From Methanocella sp. (GTDB lineage: Archaea; Thermoproteota; Bathyarchaeia; Bathyarchaeales; Bathycorpusculaceae), in assembly GCA_050261115.1 (NCBI GenBank), contig JBLNCY010000051.1, positions 1-57,178 on the forward strand: DNA of 57,178 nucleotides, given 5' to 3'. Of this stretch, positions 1-10,066 are shown in pieces. The translations under genes were made by a program, and so were the position numbers. How positions within the stretch are numbered: the first letter of the stretch is position 1; the number at the start of each line of letters is the position of its first letter. The notes beneath the pieces were generated by a model that was given only the letters and a program-made list of their open reading frames with translations, was not told the DNA's origin and ran no database searches.

Positions 1-885
1 GCAGAAAGGCCCAATGATGCCGGGTGGGGCCAGTTGGGCTGCTTTTTTATGAACATTTTCGCCCATGCGCATAACTTCGGGGAGCAGAGATTCTCGGAGT
101 ACGATTGGGAAGTTACCCACAACCGTGTAGGTTGGCGCTATATCGATTTCGAGTTGTTCTCGGGCGGGGATTTTTCCGATGCTGTCTACAGCTGATTCAT
201 AGCGGCGGTCCATGGCGAGGAGTTCTACGTCGTCGTTTATGATGCTGCTGAAGTAGCTGGGGTAAACGTTAACACCCAAGGCGTATTCTTGTATGTGGAC
301 TTCTTCGAGGTCTCCTCTGGTAACTAGGCCGCGTTTTATCATTTCTTCTGCTTTCTGGTAGAAGCCTTGTGGTGAGTTTACGAGGAAGTAGCCTCTGCCG
401 CCTTTTGCGCCCTGCAACTTGATGATGACTAGGCGGTCGATGTCGTCGGGGGTTGCAAATGTTGCTGGGAGGCGGAGTCCGGCTTGTCGTAGCCATTCTT
501 CTTGGCTTTTGCGGTTTGCTTCCCAGTGGAGTAGTTGACGGTTTCCCATCATGGGTACCTGTAGGTTGTTGGTTAGTTGCTCGGTGCTTAGGTATGCGGT
601 GAAGGAGCCATGCGGAATTAGAACGGTGTTTAGTTTGCGTAGGCGTTCTTGTAGTTCTTCTTTTAGGAGTTCTGTGAAGTCTCGAACGATGATTAACTCG
701 TCTGCTAAGGCGTATTTTTGGTACATGATGGCGTCTTTTTCTTTGCAAATGCAGACAGTTCGGAATCCCTCTTCTTTTGCTCCTTTAAAGATGTTAAGGG
801 AGCTGTGGCTGCCGAGGGTGCCGATAGAGAGTTTGGTTTGGTCGTATTTCGCGAGGATTTTGCTGACTGCATTTGAATCTATCAT
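1..885 (-). CDS. purP: PurP-family formate-dependent AICAR formyltransferase (ATP-grasp), runs off the window start
   Basis: Not in ORF track. Manual translation from ATG at 885: MIDSNAVSKILAKYDQTKLSIGTLGSHSSLNIFKGAKEEGF...PHGSF...GAKGGRGYF...DRRYES...VVGNFPIVLRESLL...GIIGPFC; paralogous to the adjacent ORF. Confidence 0.9.
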   Translation of the reverse strand, partial: MIDSNAVSKILAKYDQTKLSIGTLGSHSSLNIFKGAKEEGFRTVCICKEKDAIMYQKYALADELIIVRDFTELLKEELQERLRKLNTVLIPHGSFTAYLSTEQLTNNLQVPMMGNRQLLHWEANRKSQEEWLRQAGLRLPATFATPDDIDRLVIIKLQGAKGGRGYFLVNSPQGFYQKAEEMIKRGLVTRGDLEEVHIQEYALGVNVYPSYFSSIINDDVELLAMDRRYESAVDSIGKIPAREQLEIDIAPTYTVVGNFPIVLRESLLPEVMRMGENVHKKAAQLAPPGIIGPFC

Positions 886-1986
886 TTAGGTTACCACTTC
901 GGCGAGTCTACGTTTTCTGATGGCGCGCTTGATTTCCATAGCGACTCTTTTGCCGGGGCCGACTTCTGTGCCGTATTTGTACTTCATATAGGGCGAGGTG
1001 GGTTCAACACAGGGACATCCGGGGACACGTGGGCTGACATCAAAGATTTTAAATTGGAGGTCTTTGGTGATTGCGCCTTGAAGTGCAAAGAGGCCAATCA
1101 TGCCTGGCGGGAACTCTCTTCGGCATACATTCACCCATTTCTCTGCGGACTCAAACACTTTTTCGAGTTGGCTTTCACGCATGGTGGCGCCCATGTGCCC
1201 GATTTCTATGTTTTGGGTTGCGACGTTTAATTCGAGTTGTTCCCTGGCGGGTAAATCAAGTACTCCGTCAAGGTCGGTTTGGATGCGTCTATCAAACCCC
1301 AGCAGGTCTATGTCGTCGGTTAGGGGTGAGTAGAAGTAGTTGGCGTTGAATTTTGCGCCAAGCACGTATTCTTCTATGACTGATTCCTCTAGGGCTTCGC
1401 GGGTGATAATGCCCGCTTTGATGCGTTTTTCAGCTTCCCGCTCGTACTCCTCGGGGCTTGAAGCATAGAAGAAGGCGCGTTCGATGGTTCGACCTTTCTC
1501 GGCGACTTTGACTATTGCGGGGCGATCGATGTCTTTAGGTGACTTGAACGCTACTGGTAGTTGGATGCCGGCTTCTTTTAGTAGCCAAAGCTGATTTTTA
1601 GGTGCGGTTCGCTCTTCGGTTTTGAGCAGCCAGCGGTTGCCCATCAGGGGGACATCAAATTTGTTCTCTATGGCGTCATAGCCTGCGTAGACGCTAAAGC
1701 TTCGGTTGGGAACAAAGATGGTGTTGAGTTCTTGGAGTTCCTTTACAGTTTGGGGGGTTGTTATGTCTGCGAATTGATCCAGGAAGATGAATTTGTCAAA
1801 GATGTTTCGGTAATAGCGGGCGTAGGTTTTTTCGCGTCCATTTTGGCAGACGACGACGGTCTCAAAGCCCTCCTGTTTGGCTCCAGACGCGATTTCTAGC
1901 GCGGAGTGAGATCCCAATACGCCTATGCGTATTTTTTCGGGGTCATAGTCCGTTAGTACTTGTTTGATTTTTTCTTCCATTTTCAT
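886..1986 (-). CDS. purP: PurP-family ATP-grasp protein, second paralog
   Basis: GVLGSHSAL, PNRSF, ERAFF, DRRIQTDLDG, EIGHMGATMRES, DVSPRVPG motifs; in purine operon. Confidence 0.9.
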   Translation of the reverse strand: MKMEEKIKQVLTDYDPEKIRIGVLGSHSALEIASGAKQEGFETVVVCQNGREKTYARYYRNIFDKFIFLDQFADITTPQTVKELQELNTIFVPNRSFSVYAGYDAIENKFDVPLMGNRWLLKTEERTAPKNQLWLLKEAGIQLPVAFKSPKDIDRPAIVKVAEKGRTIERAFFYASSPEEYEREAEKRIKAGIITREALEESVIEEYVLGAKFNANYFYSPLTDDIDLLGFDRRIQTDLDGVLDLPAREQLELNVATQNIEIGHMGATMRESQLEKVFESAEKWVNVCRREFPPGMIGLFALQGAITKDLQFKIFDVSPRVPGCPCVEPTSPYMKYKYGTEVGPGKRVAMEIKRAIRKRRLAEVVT

Positions 1987-3044
1987 GCTTTTTCACCCAT
2001 AAACGCTTTATAATCCTCGATAACCTGCGGCAGTTTAGGCGTATCAAAGAATGTTTTGCCGCTCATCTCATTAGCTACTGACATGTACATTTGGCTGATT
2101 ATGGTTTTTAGCTTAGGGGGGAGCTTAGGAGGTTGGGATTTGCAGAGTGCTTTCCAGTCCTGTATGCCTTTGGTCTCCATTTCTTTCTTGGCTGCCTCAA
2201 CATCATTGTACCAGATAGTTTGCTTGTAGAATTGTCGGGCAACCTCTTTACTGACATGCACACCCTCAAAAGTGAACCTGCACTCGTCGAGGGTGCCAAG
2301 TACATCGACGGTCATGAGTTGCCGTTTGTTGTCGAAGGCTAACTCGATTTTGCCGTCCTCGTTTTTGAGGCATGAGTTGGCGGCGGCTTTGGTGATGGTT
2401 TCGTCGGCTTTTAGCAGTAGGGCTTTAACGTCGGTTAATTCTTGGTCTGTTAACCCTGCGATTTTTTGTGCTTCAGTCCATGTTATGTATCGGTCGGTTT
2501 CTTCTAGTTTAGTGGATACGTCAAAAATGGGTTTAGATAGGGTTTCTCCGGGTTGGGGTTGGTGGTCTAAGCCTAGGTCTGCTAATGTGACCCTGCCCTG
2601 TGATAGACGCTTGAAGACTGAGGAACCCTCCGGTAAACCGTTGCGGTAAATGATTTCTAATGGTATGAGGCAGTTTTTGAGGCTGGGGATGTAGATACTG
2701 TAATCGTACACGATTTTGCCGTTAACTACATTTGGGGTTGGTTTGTACACGTTAACTAGGGCGACTTCCATGATGCTTGAGGGCTCCTTTAGCTCGCTTA
2801 AGCGGACGGCTTTTCCTTTGGCGTCTACTAGCCCTCGGTAGTGGGTCTTTAAGCCAAGTTTCTCCAGTTCCTCAAAGCAGTATGCGCCCATCAGGCATAG
2901 GGCAGCGCCTTTGCCTTCGATGTGATCGGGCATTTCGCCCCAATCGAAAACGCTGTATCGGTCTGAAAAGTGGAATCTGCCTGTTCCCATAGCTGTCTGG
3001 GTTGGCTTTGTTAATACTTCTAGGTCTTTTACGCTGCCCATCAC
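1983..3044 (-). CDS. purC: SAICAR synthetase
   Basis: MGSVKDL, FSDRYSVFDWG, IPLEIIYRN, STKLEETD, DGKIE, DVLGTLDECRF, SKEVARQFY. Confidence 0.95.
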   Translation of the reverse strand: MMGSVKDLEVLTKPTQTAMGTGRFHFSDRYSVFDWGEMPDHIEGKGAALCLMGAYCFEELEKLGLKTHYRGLVDAKGKAVRLSELKEPSSIMEVALVNVYKPTPNVVNGKIVYDYSIYIPSLKNCLIPLEIIYRNGLPEGSSVFKRLSQGRVTLADLGLDHQPQPGETLSKPIFDVSTKLEETDRYITWTEAQKIAGLTDQELTDVKALLLKADETITKAAANSCLKNEDGKIELAFDNKRQLMTVDVLGTLDECRFTFEGVHVSKEVARQFYKQTIWYNDVEAAKKEMETKGIQDWKALCKSQPPKLPPKLKTIISQMYMSVANEMSGKTFFDTPKLPQVIEDYKAFMGEKA

Positions 3045-3189
3045 TGGTTGCCTCTTGCTGTGAATATTTCTTTTTGTGCTTATATCGCTTTATGCCTCCT
3101 GTAATAGAAAATTCACCTTTAACGCATTGCTTTTAGCAAAAGTTATTTATGTTGCATTAAAGCGCATGACCTAAATAGGCACGGGGAAA

Positions 3190-4419
3190 ATGGGGCAGGA
3201 GCGTATGGAGCAGGATCAAACTCAGACTTCACAGACAAGGTTTTCTAATTCGGCATCTTCATTGGAGATGTTACCCAAACGATGGTTCTGTGCATGGTTA
3301 GAGGCCTCTGGAAAGACAAGTCGTCTAGAGGCTGAGACGCCGGCCAATTTTATGGATATACTTAACCGTTCAGTCATCACATGGGTTGACTACATAACCG
3401 ATGACCCAATGAAAGACCTGCCCGTCGTTGCTGCCCAGATGGGGTTTAGTGAAACTTTTATCTCAACTTTATCTTCAAGTGACCAGCTTAACTATTCCGA
3501 TTTTGATACTGAAATGTGGTTTACTTTCCCCACTATTCAAATACGAGGCAACGATGTACGCGCACACTCATTGGTTTTTCTCATTCGACAGAAATTGATA
3601 GTGACTTTTCATGTCCGAACAGTCGATAAACGCTTCTTGAGACTCCGCCGCTATTCTGAGACTATTTTAAGAAAAATCCCCCTAGACATGAAAGGTGAAG
3701 ATAAACTAACTATTCTTTTATCTCGTATCTTAGAAGCCAACAATGACAGCAACTTTAGGCATCTGCGTATCATCGAAGAGTTTGGAGACGAACTTAATAG
3801 AGACTTAATGGATCGAGATGTTGACAAATCCACTCTGGGCCCCAAGATCTATGAGATGAAGCACGCCCTGATCGTCTACCTCAACGCGCTTTGGGAGAGC
3901 GTCGATGTACTTCAAGGAATCCGATATGGAGACGCAGAACTGCTCACAGATGACCCTAAACTGGTGAACTTGTTTGCTGCAATGGTGGAGCAAGTAAAGA
4001 GCCAAATCGGCTTATCTGAACATATGTCTGAGGTGCTTGCCTCCGGCATAGAAGCAACCCAGGCCATTTACAACAACCAATTAACCATCGCAAACAACCA
4101 ATTAACCATCTCCAACAATAAGTTAACCCTACGTAACAACAGCCTATCAAAACTCGTTGCTTACCTCACCATTGTAGGCACTGCTATATTGATTCCCAAC
4201 ACAATAGCCACGGTTTTAAGCAACTCTGTATGGGACATCGGCCCTGAATTCCTCGGCACTTATTTGCTATTGATGACCCTAGCCACAGCGGTAGGTAGCT
4301 TCTTGATGTGGGTCTGGATAAAGAGGGCAGGCTTAATCGGAGACGACCAAGACATCAAAGCAACGGTTGCTGAATGTAAAACCTTACAGGCAAAAGAGGC
4401 AACCACCCCCTCTTCCTAG
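3190..4419 (+). CDS. corA: CorA-family divalent cation transporter, non-canonical
   Basis: CorA layout: soluble funnel (WVD, LIVTFH), long helices, two C-terminal TM segments; GMN signature not present. Confidence 0.8.
   Translation: MGQERMEQDQTQTSQTRFSNSASSLEMLPKRWFCAWLEASGKTSRLEAETPANFMDILNRSVITWVDYITDDPMKDLPVVAAQMGFSETFISTLSSSDQLNYSDFDTEMWFTFPTIQIRGNDVRAHSLVFLIRQKLIVTFHVRTVDKRFLRLRRYSETILRKIPLDMKGEDKLTILLSRILEANNDSNFRHLRIIEEFGDELNRDLMDRDVDKSTLGPKIYEMKHALIVYLNALWESVDVLQGIRYGDAELLTDDPKLVNLFAAMVEQVKSQIGLSEHMSEVLASGIEATQAIYNNQLTIANNQLTISNNKLTLRNNSLSKLVAYLTIVGTAILIPNTIATVLSNSVWDIGPEFLGTYLLLMTLATAVGSFLMWVWIKRAGLIGDDQDIKATVAECKTLQAKEATTPSS
4072..4140 (+). repeat. In-frame 21-nt tandem repeat (3 units) in corA
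   Basis: aacaaccaattaaccatcgca / aacaaccaattaaccatctcc / aacaataagttaaccctacgt = NNQLTIA NNQLTIS NNKLTLR. Confidence 0.9.
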
Positions 4420-4500
4420 TTTTCTTAAAAGGCTTATGGATGGCTGTTTATCCCAAACTATATATGAAATTGGGTTAATCGGCTACTCAAAGTGTGTAGC

Positions 4501-5805
4501 ATGAAGAAAGCCTTCTCCGTCCTCTTGTTGTCCGCTTTTGCTGCAGGGTTACTTCTAGGGCTAAATACGAATGATGTGTCTGCGGGGGCTCCAACTGAGG
4601 TCAGGGGGGTAATCAGCCTAGATACCACATGGACAGCCCAGAACAGTCCTTACCTATTTACCGGAGCCGTCGGTATCGCAGAAGGCATAACGCTAACCAT
4701 CGAGGCGGGGGTAACTGTTAACGTCAACTCCCACTACATGCAGGTCAATGGTTCTCTAAAGGTGGCGGGAACACCTTCACAAAAGGTAGTCTTTACCGCT
4801 GACATAAGCCCGGCTGATGGCGCCTTTATCAGTTGGGAAGATGCATACCCCATAGCCAGCGGTCAAAACAACATCGTAGCAATATATGGTAACCCAACGA
4901 TAAACATCCATAACGTCTTACTTAATAACACCTCAATTTTCGCACAAGGCCTATTCAGTAATGCCACAGTTACCATAACCGACTGTACTCTACTTGAGTC
5001 TTCAATTAATGTCTGGGGAGACACCGCAGTTGCCAATAGTTATGTAGCCGGCTCTGTTAGGACACGAGGCACCTCTACCCTTACAGGAAATACTATCCTA
5101 GATGGAATTACCGTCATAAGCGATGGAGCACGGACGTTTACGGTTTTAAGCAATAACATTACAAGCAACAATGAAGCTGCGATAATAGCTTCTGGCAGGG
5201 GAACCATCCAAAATAACTTCATCTACAACGTTAGCAAAGGCCTAACCCAAGAGGACAAAACAACCCTATCTGCCACCATCCAACAAAACCTCATCAAAAA
5301 CAACGATTACGGTATCTACCTAAGAGACAACACCAACAACGCAACAATCCTCGACAACACCTTCACCGCTAACAGGGTCGGAATTTTCAACCCAAGCTAC
5401 CAGTTGACAGTTACGGGTAACAGTTTTGTAGATAACACAAAATATGACATCTGGGCTGGCTCCAGTGCCGTAAGCGCCAAAAGTAACTGGTGGGGAACAA
5501 CTGATCGATCGGCGATTGACCAAAAAATCTATGACTCCAAAGATGACTTTAGTCTCGGCACCGTCGTTTATGTTCCATTTTTGGCAGCGGCTAATGCTAA
5601 CGCTCCCAGCCCAGAGATGTGTACGGTAACGCAAGCAACCTCTACTCCTACAACTGCACCGCTGGGTTCTATTAGTTACCAAGCAGGTGGCAAAATCAAC
5701 ACATCGATTAACAGCATAGAAATCGGGTTAATGGCAACCGTCGTGGTCATCTGCGGGTTGTTAGCTGCCTTAGCAGTAAAGACGCATAGACGCAACCATC
5801 GATAA
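4501..5805 (+). CDS. Secreted, C-terminally anchored parallel beta-helix (NosD/CASH-like) surface protein
   Basis: Signal peptide MKKAFSVLLL, TTWTAQNSPY/LTIEAGVTV, Asn-rich xNNxIxxN repeats, NWWGTTD, Thr/Pro linker, C-terminal TM. ATG at 4501 preferred over GTG 4492. Confidence 0.75.
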   Translation: MKKAFSVLLLSAFAAGLLLGLNTNDVSAGAPTEVRGVISLDTTWTAQNSPYLFTGAVGIAEGITLTIEAGVTVNVNSHYMQVNGSLKVAGTPSQKVVFTADISPADGAFISWEDAYPIASGQNNIVAIYGNPTINIHNVLLNNTSIFAQGLFSNATVTITDCTLLESSINVWGDTAVANSYVAGSVRTRGTSTLTGNTILDGITVISDGARTFTVLSNNITSNNEAAIIASGRGTIQNNFIYNVSKGLTQEDKTTLSATIQQNLIKNNDYGIYLRDNTNNATILDNTFTANRVGIFNPSYQLTVTGNSFVDNTKYDIWAGSSAVSAKSNWWGTTDRSAIDQKIYDSKDDFSLGTVVYVPFLAAANANAPSPEMCTVTQATSTPTTAPLGSISYQAGGKINTSINSIEIGLMATVVVICGLLAALAVKTHRRNHR

Positions 5806-5942
5806 GTAGCTAACACACAGGAAAACTGACTAGCAACTTGCTACTGGAAGAAAAACCACAGTAGAGCACCACAACGCCTCCTCAACAAGCGCGTGCATAG
5901 ACCAGTGAAAGAGGGCAAGCGCCTACTTTCACCAAAGAAGCA

Positions 5943-5994
5943 TCTGCGGGCTTTGAGTCTATATATAAGGGAGGGGTAGGTCGGCAGAGAAGCA
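5943..5994 (+). repeat. Dispersed intergenic element, copy 1
   Basis: tctgcgggctttgagTCTATATATAAGGGAGGGgtaggtcggcagagaagca; core 5958-5975. Confidence 0.9.
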
Positions 5995-6081
5995 GGTGCC
6001 TTAACACAGAACCAACCAATACTCCTAAATCCGTTTTTGTCATGGACGATTCAACTTTAATTCTGCTTAATCTTTATCTAT

Positions 6082-6681
6082 TTGACACAAGCCTTTCAAG
6101 CATATTCACATGGTGCCCCCTTCATCTTGGTGAATCATTTGACTCAAGAAGCCTTGCCCCAAAGTAAAGAAACTATCAAAGCCAAAGAGTTCTACCCAAA
6201 ATGGAAGTACGAGCTCCAAAAGCAACCCGGCGGCGAAAAAATCTTGGCATGCTTCCAATGTGGCACCTGCACCAGCGATTGCCCGGTAGCAAGATTCACC
6301 GATAACTACCGCCCACGCACCCTCATCCACATGGCGCAACTCGGATTAAAAGACCGAGTGCTCAACAGTGACACACTCTGGCTCTGTGCTGCATGCTTCA
6401 CCTGTACCGACCGCTGTCCTCAGGGTGTGGAAGTTGCAAGCGTCATCCGCGTCTTCCGCAACCTAGCGGCCGAAAAAGGCTGTGTCCCCCAAGTCTTCAA
6501 AGACCAAGCAGAAAGTTTAACCCAAACAGGCTATGCCTTCAAGATCCCAGAGTTACGCATCAAAAAACGCGAAAGCCAAGGCTTACCTCCATTACCCCAA
6601 GGTAACCCCGAAGCTGTTCGCAAGGTACTCAAAGGCGTAAAATTCTTCGACCCCAAGGAGACGACCCAAAATGGCCAATAG
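6082..6681 (+). CDS. hdrC: Heterodisulfide reductase subunit C (true start probably near 6130-6140)
   Basis: CFQCGTCTSDCP and WLCAACFTCTDRCPQG [4Fe-4S] motifs; precedes hdrB. Confidence 0.92.
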   Translation: MTQAFQAYSHGAPFILVNHLTQEALPQSKETIKAKEFYPKWKYELQKQPGGEKILACFQCGTCTSDCPVARFTDNYRPRTLIHMAQLGLKDRVLNSDTLWLCAACFTCTDRCPQGVEVASVIRVFRNLAAEKGCVPQVFKDQAESLTQTGYAFKIPELRIKKRESQGLPPLPQGNPEAVRKVLKGVKFFDPKETTQNGQ

Positions 6682-7564
6682 CAAATTCCTCATCTTTCTG
6701 GGCTGCTCAACGCCTTATAGGGTTTCATCGTATGAGATATCAAGTCGCAAAGTCCTCGCAAAACTCGGCGTGGACTTGGTGGAGATGCCTGAATTCAACT
6801 GCTGCGGCTTACCCTTCGATCCAGTTAGCCATGAAACTATGCTTATACTTGCCGCCAAAAACCTAGCGGTTGCAGAGCAGCAAGGCCTAAACATACTCAC
6901 CCTCTGTCCAGGCTGCGCAGGCACCCTAAAAAAAGTCAACAAAATCCTAAAAAACGACAAAACCCAACGCGACCAGGTCAACGCTCACCTCAAAGAGGCT
7001 GGGCTTGAATTCAAAGGCACAATCGAAACCAAGCATCTATTACAACTGCTAAAAGAAGACGTCGGCATAGACAAAATCAAAGCTACCGTCACCCGTCCTT
7101 TAACGGGGCTTAAGGTTGCGGAACACAACGGCTGCCATATCCTGCGACCAAAAGAATACTTCGACTTTGACGATCCCGAAGACCCGCAAACGCTTAAGAC
7201 GCTCATAGAAGCCACAGGGGCAACCTGCCTGGACTACATAGATGAGACCGAATGCTGCGGCGCACCCTCGGTTGGCGTCTCAGACAAAGTCGCCCTACAA
7301 TTGGCGCGTGACAAGCTAAATCATATCAAGCAGGTTGGGGCGCAGGCACTTATTACCGTGTGTCCGTTTTGCCATATTATGTACGATACAAATGAGCTTC
7401 GCATAGAGAAAACTTTTAACGAAGTCTATGGCATTCCAATTCTCCATTATCCCCAACTACTCGGACTAGCCATGGGTTTAACTCCAGAACAGTTGGCTTT
7501 CGGTGAACTTCGAGTAAATCCAGAAAAAATAACATCCCTCTTCGATGGAGCAAACAAACCATGA
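6671..7564 (+). CDS. hdrB: Heterodisulfide reductase subunit B
   Basis: Two CCG domains: GC...NCCG...CPGC and HNGCHILRP...CCG...CPFCH; PILHYPQLLGLAMG. Confidence 0.95.
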   Translation: MANSKFLIFLGCSTPYRVSSYEISSRKVLAKLGVDLVEMPEFNCCGLPFDPVSHETMLILAAKNLAVAEQQGLNILTLCPGCAGTLKKVNKILKNDKTQRDQVNAHLKEAGLEFKGTIETKHLLQLLKEDVGIDKIKATVTRPLTGLKVAEHNGCHILRPKEYFDFDDPEDPQTLKTLIEATGATCLDYIDETECCGAPSVGVSDKVALQLARDKLNHIKQVGAQALITVCPFCHIMYDTNELRIEKTFNEVYGIPILHYPQLLGLAMGLTPEQLAFGELRVNPEKITSLFDGANKP

Positions 7565-8550
7565 GTAAAAGCAAGCTAAAAATAGCCTTTTACTGGGCTG
7601 CAAGCTGTGGCGGCTGCGAAATCGCCGTCCTAGACTTAAACGAGAAAATCCTCGACGTAGTGCAACTGGCAGACATCGTGTTTTGGCCAGTGGCTATGGA
7701 CGTCAAATACAAAGACGTTGAAGCCCTGCCCGACAACCACATCGACATAACCTTCTTCAATGGATCCATACGTAACAGCGAACAGGAACACATGGCCAAG
7801 TTGCTACGGAAAAAATCCAAGACGCTTGTCGCCTTTGGATCATGCGCCCATGAAGGAAGCGTTCCAGGCTTAGCTAACCTCCACGACAAAGAGGAGATAT
7901 TTAGCCAAGTCTACGTTAAAGACAAATCAAACGTCAACCCACAAGCAGTCACACCTAAAGCTGAAAGCCAAGTTAAAGAGGGCACACTCAAAATCCCTGA
8001 ATTCTACGACACCGTTAAAACCCTCAGCCAAACCGTCGACGTCGACTATACACTGCCCGGTTGCCCGCCTCCAGTTAAATTGGTCGCGGCAGCCATCGAC
8101 GCCATCGCAAGCGGCAAACTCCCCCCCAAAGGCTCCATATTGGCGCCTCCAAAAGCGCTCTGCGACGAATGCCCACGCAAACGTGACAACAAACGTATCG
8201 ATAAAATCTACCGCGTATACGAAAAAGAGCCTGAACCAGAAAAGTGTCTCCTAGAGCAAGGAATCCTCTGCATGGGCCCCGCGACCCGAAGCGGCTGTGG
8301 TGCACAATGTATAAACGTCGATATGCCATGTACTGGTTGTGGCGGTAAAGCGCCCAATGTGCCTGAGCAGGGTGCAGCAATGATTTCTGCCTTAGCATCA
8401 ATTCTAGGCTATGACGGTGTTGAAGGTAAAAGCACCTATACAAAGAAAGAAATCGAAGACTTAATCAACCAAATCAAAGACCCGACCGGTACATTCTACA
8501 TGTATAGTTTACCCTCATCTATCCTCAAACGTAAGGTGGTTAAGAAATGA
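7561..8550 (+). CDS. mvhG: Group 3c [NiFe]-hydrogenase small subunit
   Basis: ASCGGCE, AFGSCA, LPGCPP, CDEC, CLLEQG.LCMGPATRSGCGAQC...CTGC. Confidence 0.9.
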   Translation: MSKSKLKIAFYWAASCGGCEIAVLDLNEKILDVVQLADIVFWPVAMDVKYKDVEALPDNHIDITFFNGSIRNSEQEHMAKLLRKKSKTLVAFGSCAHEGSVPGLANLHDKEEIFSQVYVKDKSNVNPQAVTPKAESQVKEGTLKIPEFYDTVKTLSQTVDVDYTLPGCPPPVKLVAAAIDAIASGKLPPKGSILAPPKALCDECPRKRDNKRIDKIYRVYEKEPEPEKCLLEQGILCMGPATRSGCGAQCINVDMPCTGCGGKAPNVPEQGAAMISALASILGYDGVEGKSTYTKKEIEDLINQIKDPTGTFYMYSLPSSILKRKVVKK

Positions 8551-10001
8551 AGGAAATCCTAATTGACCCAATAACGAGGCTCGAAGGACACGGCAACATA
8601 TCCATATTCTTAAACGACAAAGGCGAAGTCGACAACGCATACATAAAAATCCCGGAGTTACGCGGATTTGAAAAGTTCTGCGTCGGCAGAAGAGCTGAAC
8701 TCATGCCCCAACTCACCAGTCGCATCTGCGGTGTATGCCCAGTCGCACATCACTTTGCAGCAACCAAAGCCCTCGATGTAGCCTTCCACGTAGAGCCAAC
8801 TTCTGCAGCAAAAAAGCTTCGAGAACTCATGTATATGGGTTACTTAATCTATGACCACACACTCCACTTCTACTATCTAGGCGGACCCGACTTTATAGTT
8901 GGGATCGATGCACCCCCTGAGAAACGCAACATCTTAGGTGTCATCGAAAAAGCAGGCTTAGACGTAGCTAAAACAGTGATAAAACACCGGGCTTACGGTC
9001 AACGCATTACTGAGATCATCGGCGGAAAAGCAACCCATCCAGTCTGTGGCTTACCTGGTGGCATGTCTAAACCCCTAAGCGAAACTAACCGCCATGAGAT
9101 CGAAGCCATGACGTCATCCTGCATAGACTTTGCCCAGTTTACGCTAAAACTCTTCCATGATTTCGTCTTAAACAACGCTAAATACGTCGGCTTAATCAAA
9201 AGCCAAACCTACAGCATGCCAACCTACTACATGGGCATGGTTGACGAGAACAACAAAGTCAACTTTTACGACGGCAAGATCCGCGTAGTTGACCCCAAAG
9301 GCCAAGAACAATTCAAATTTGACGCCCAAAACTATCTCGACGTAATAGGCGAACATGTTGAGGAGTGGACTTACAGCAAGTTCCCTTACCTTAAAGCAGT
9401 AGGCTGGAATGGTTTCACTGTAGGTCAAGATAGCGGCGTTTACCGTGTCGGTCCACTTGGCAGACTCAACGCATCTGATGGCATGGCAACTCCGCTTGCA
9501 CAGGCCGAGTACGAGCAGATGTACCGGACATTCGGCGGCAAACCAGTCCACAGCACACTCGCATTCCACTGGGCAAGACTGATAGAGCTCCTATACGCAA
9601 CCGAACGCGCCATGGAATTAGTCAAAGACCCCGAAATCACCAGCACAAACATACGAAACAAACCCGGTCAACCCGGCGAAGGCGTAGGAATCGTTGAAGC
9701 AGCACGCGGCACACTCATCCACCACTACTCACTTGACCAAGACGCCTTAATCAAAGACGTAAACCTAATCGTCGCCACAACCAACAACTACCCCGCAATC
9801 TGCATGAGCATCCGCGACGCAGCCAAAGGCTTAATCCACAACGGAAAATTTGACCAAGGCATCCTTAACATGGTTGAAATGGCCTTCCGCGCCTACGACC
9901 CCTGCTTTGGATGCTCTACCCACACGGCGGTCGGTCAAATGCCCCTAACCGTATCGGTTTACAATGCGGATAAGCAGTTGATTCAAAAAATAAGCCGCTA
10001 A
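8547..10001 (+). CDS. mvhA: Group 3c [NiFe]-hydrogenase large subunit
   Basis: DPITRLEGHG, ELRGFEKFC, L1 RICGVC, EAARGTLIHHY, L2 RAYDPCFGCSTH followed by a cleavable tail. Confidence 0.95.
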   Translation: MKEILIDPITRLEGHGNISIFLNDKGEVDNAYIKIPELRGFEKFCVGRRAELMPQLTSRICGVCPVAHHFAATKALDVAFHVEPTSAAKKLRELMYMGYLIYDHTLHFYYLGGPDFIVGIDAPPEKRNILGVIEKAGLDVAKTVIKHRAYGQRITEIIGGKATHPVCGLPGGMSKPLSETNRHEIEAMTSSCIDFAQFTLKLFHDFVLNNAKYVGLIKSQTYSMPTYYMGMVDENNKVNFYDGKIRVVDPKGQEQFKFDAQNYLDVIGEHVEEWTYSKFPYLKAVGWNGFTVGQDSGVYRVGPLGRLNASDGMATPLAQAEYEQMYRTFGGKPVHSTLAFHWARLIELLYATERAMELVKDPEITSTNIRNKPGQPGEGVGIVEAARGTLIHHYSLDQDALIKDVNLIVATTNNYPAICMSIRDAAKGLIHNGKFDQGILNMVEMAFRAYDPCFGCSTHTAVGQMPLTVSVYNADKQLIQKISR

Positions 10002-10066
10002 ACCTCCCACCCCTTTTGGGGTCTGTTTATTATAACGTTTAAACCTCTGTTTGTCCCTGTTTTTGG

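Noticed and set aside
269-889. Track ORFs 269..748 (-) and 551..889 (+)
   Set aside because: Shadow frames over the partial purP gene (1..885).
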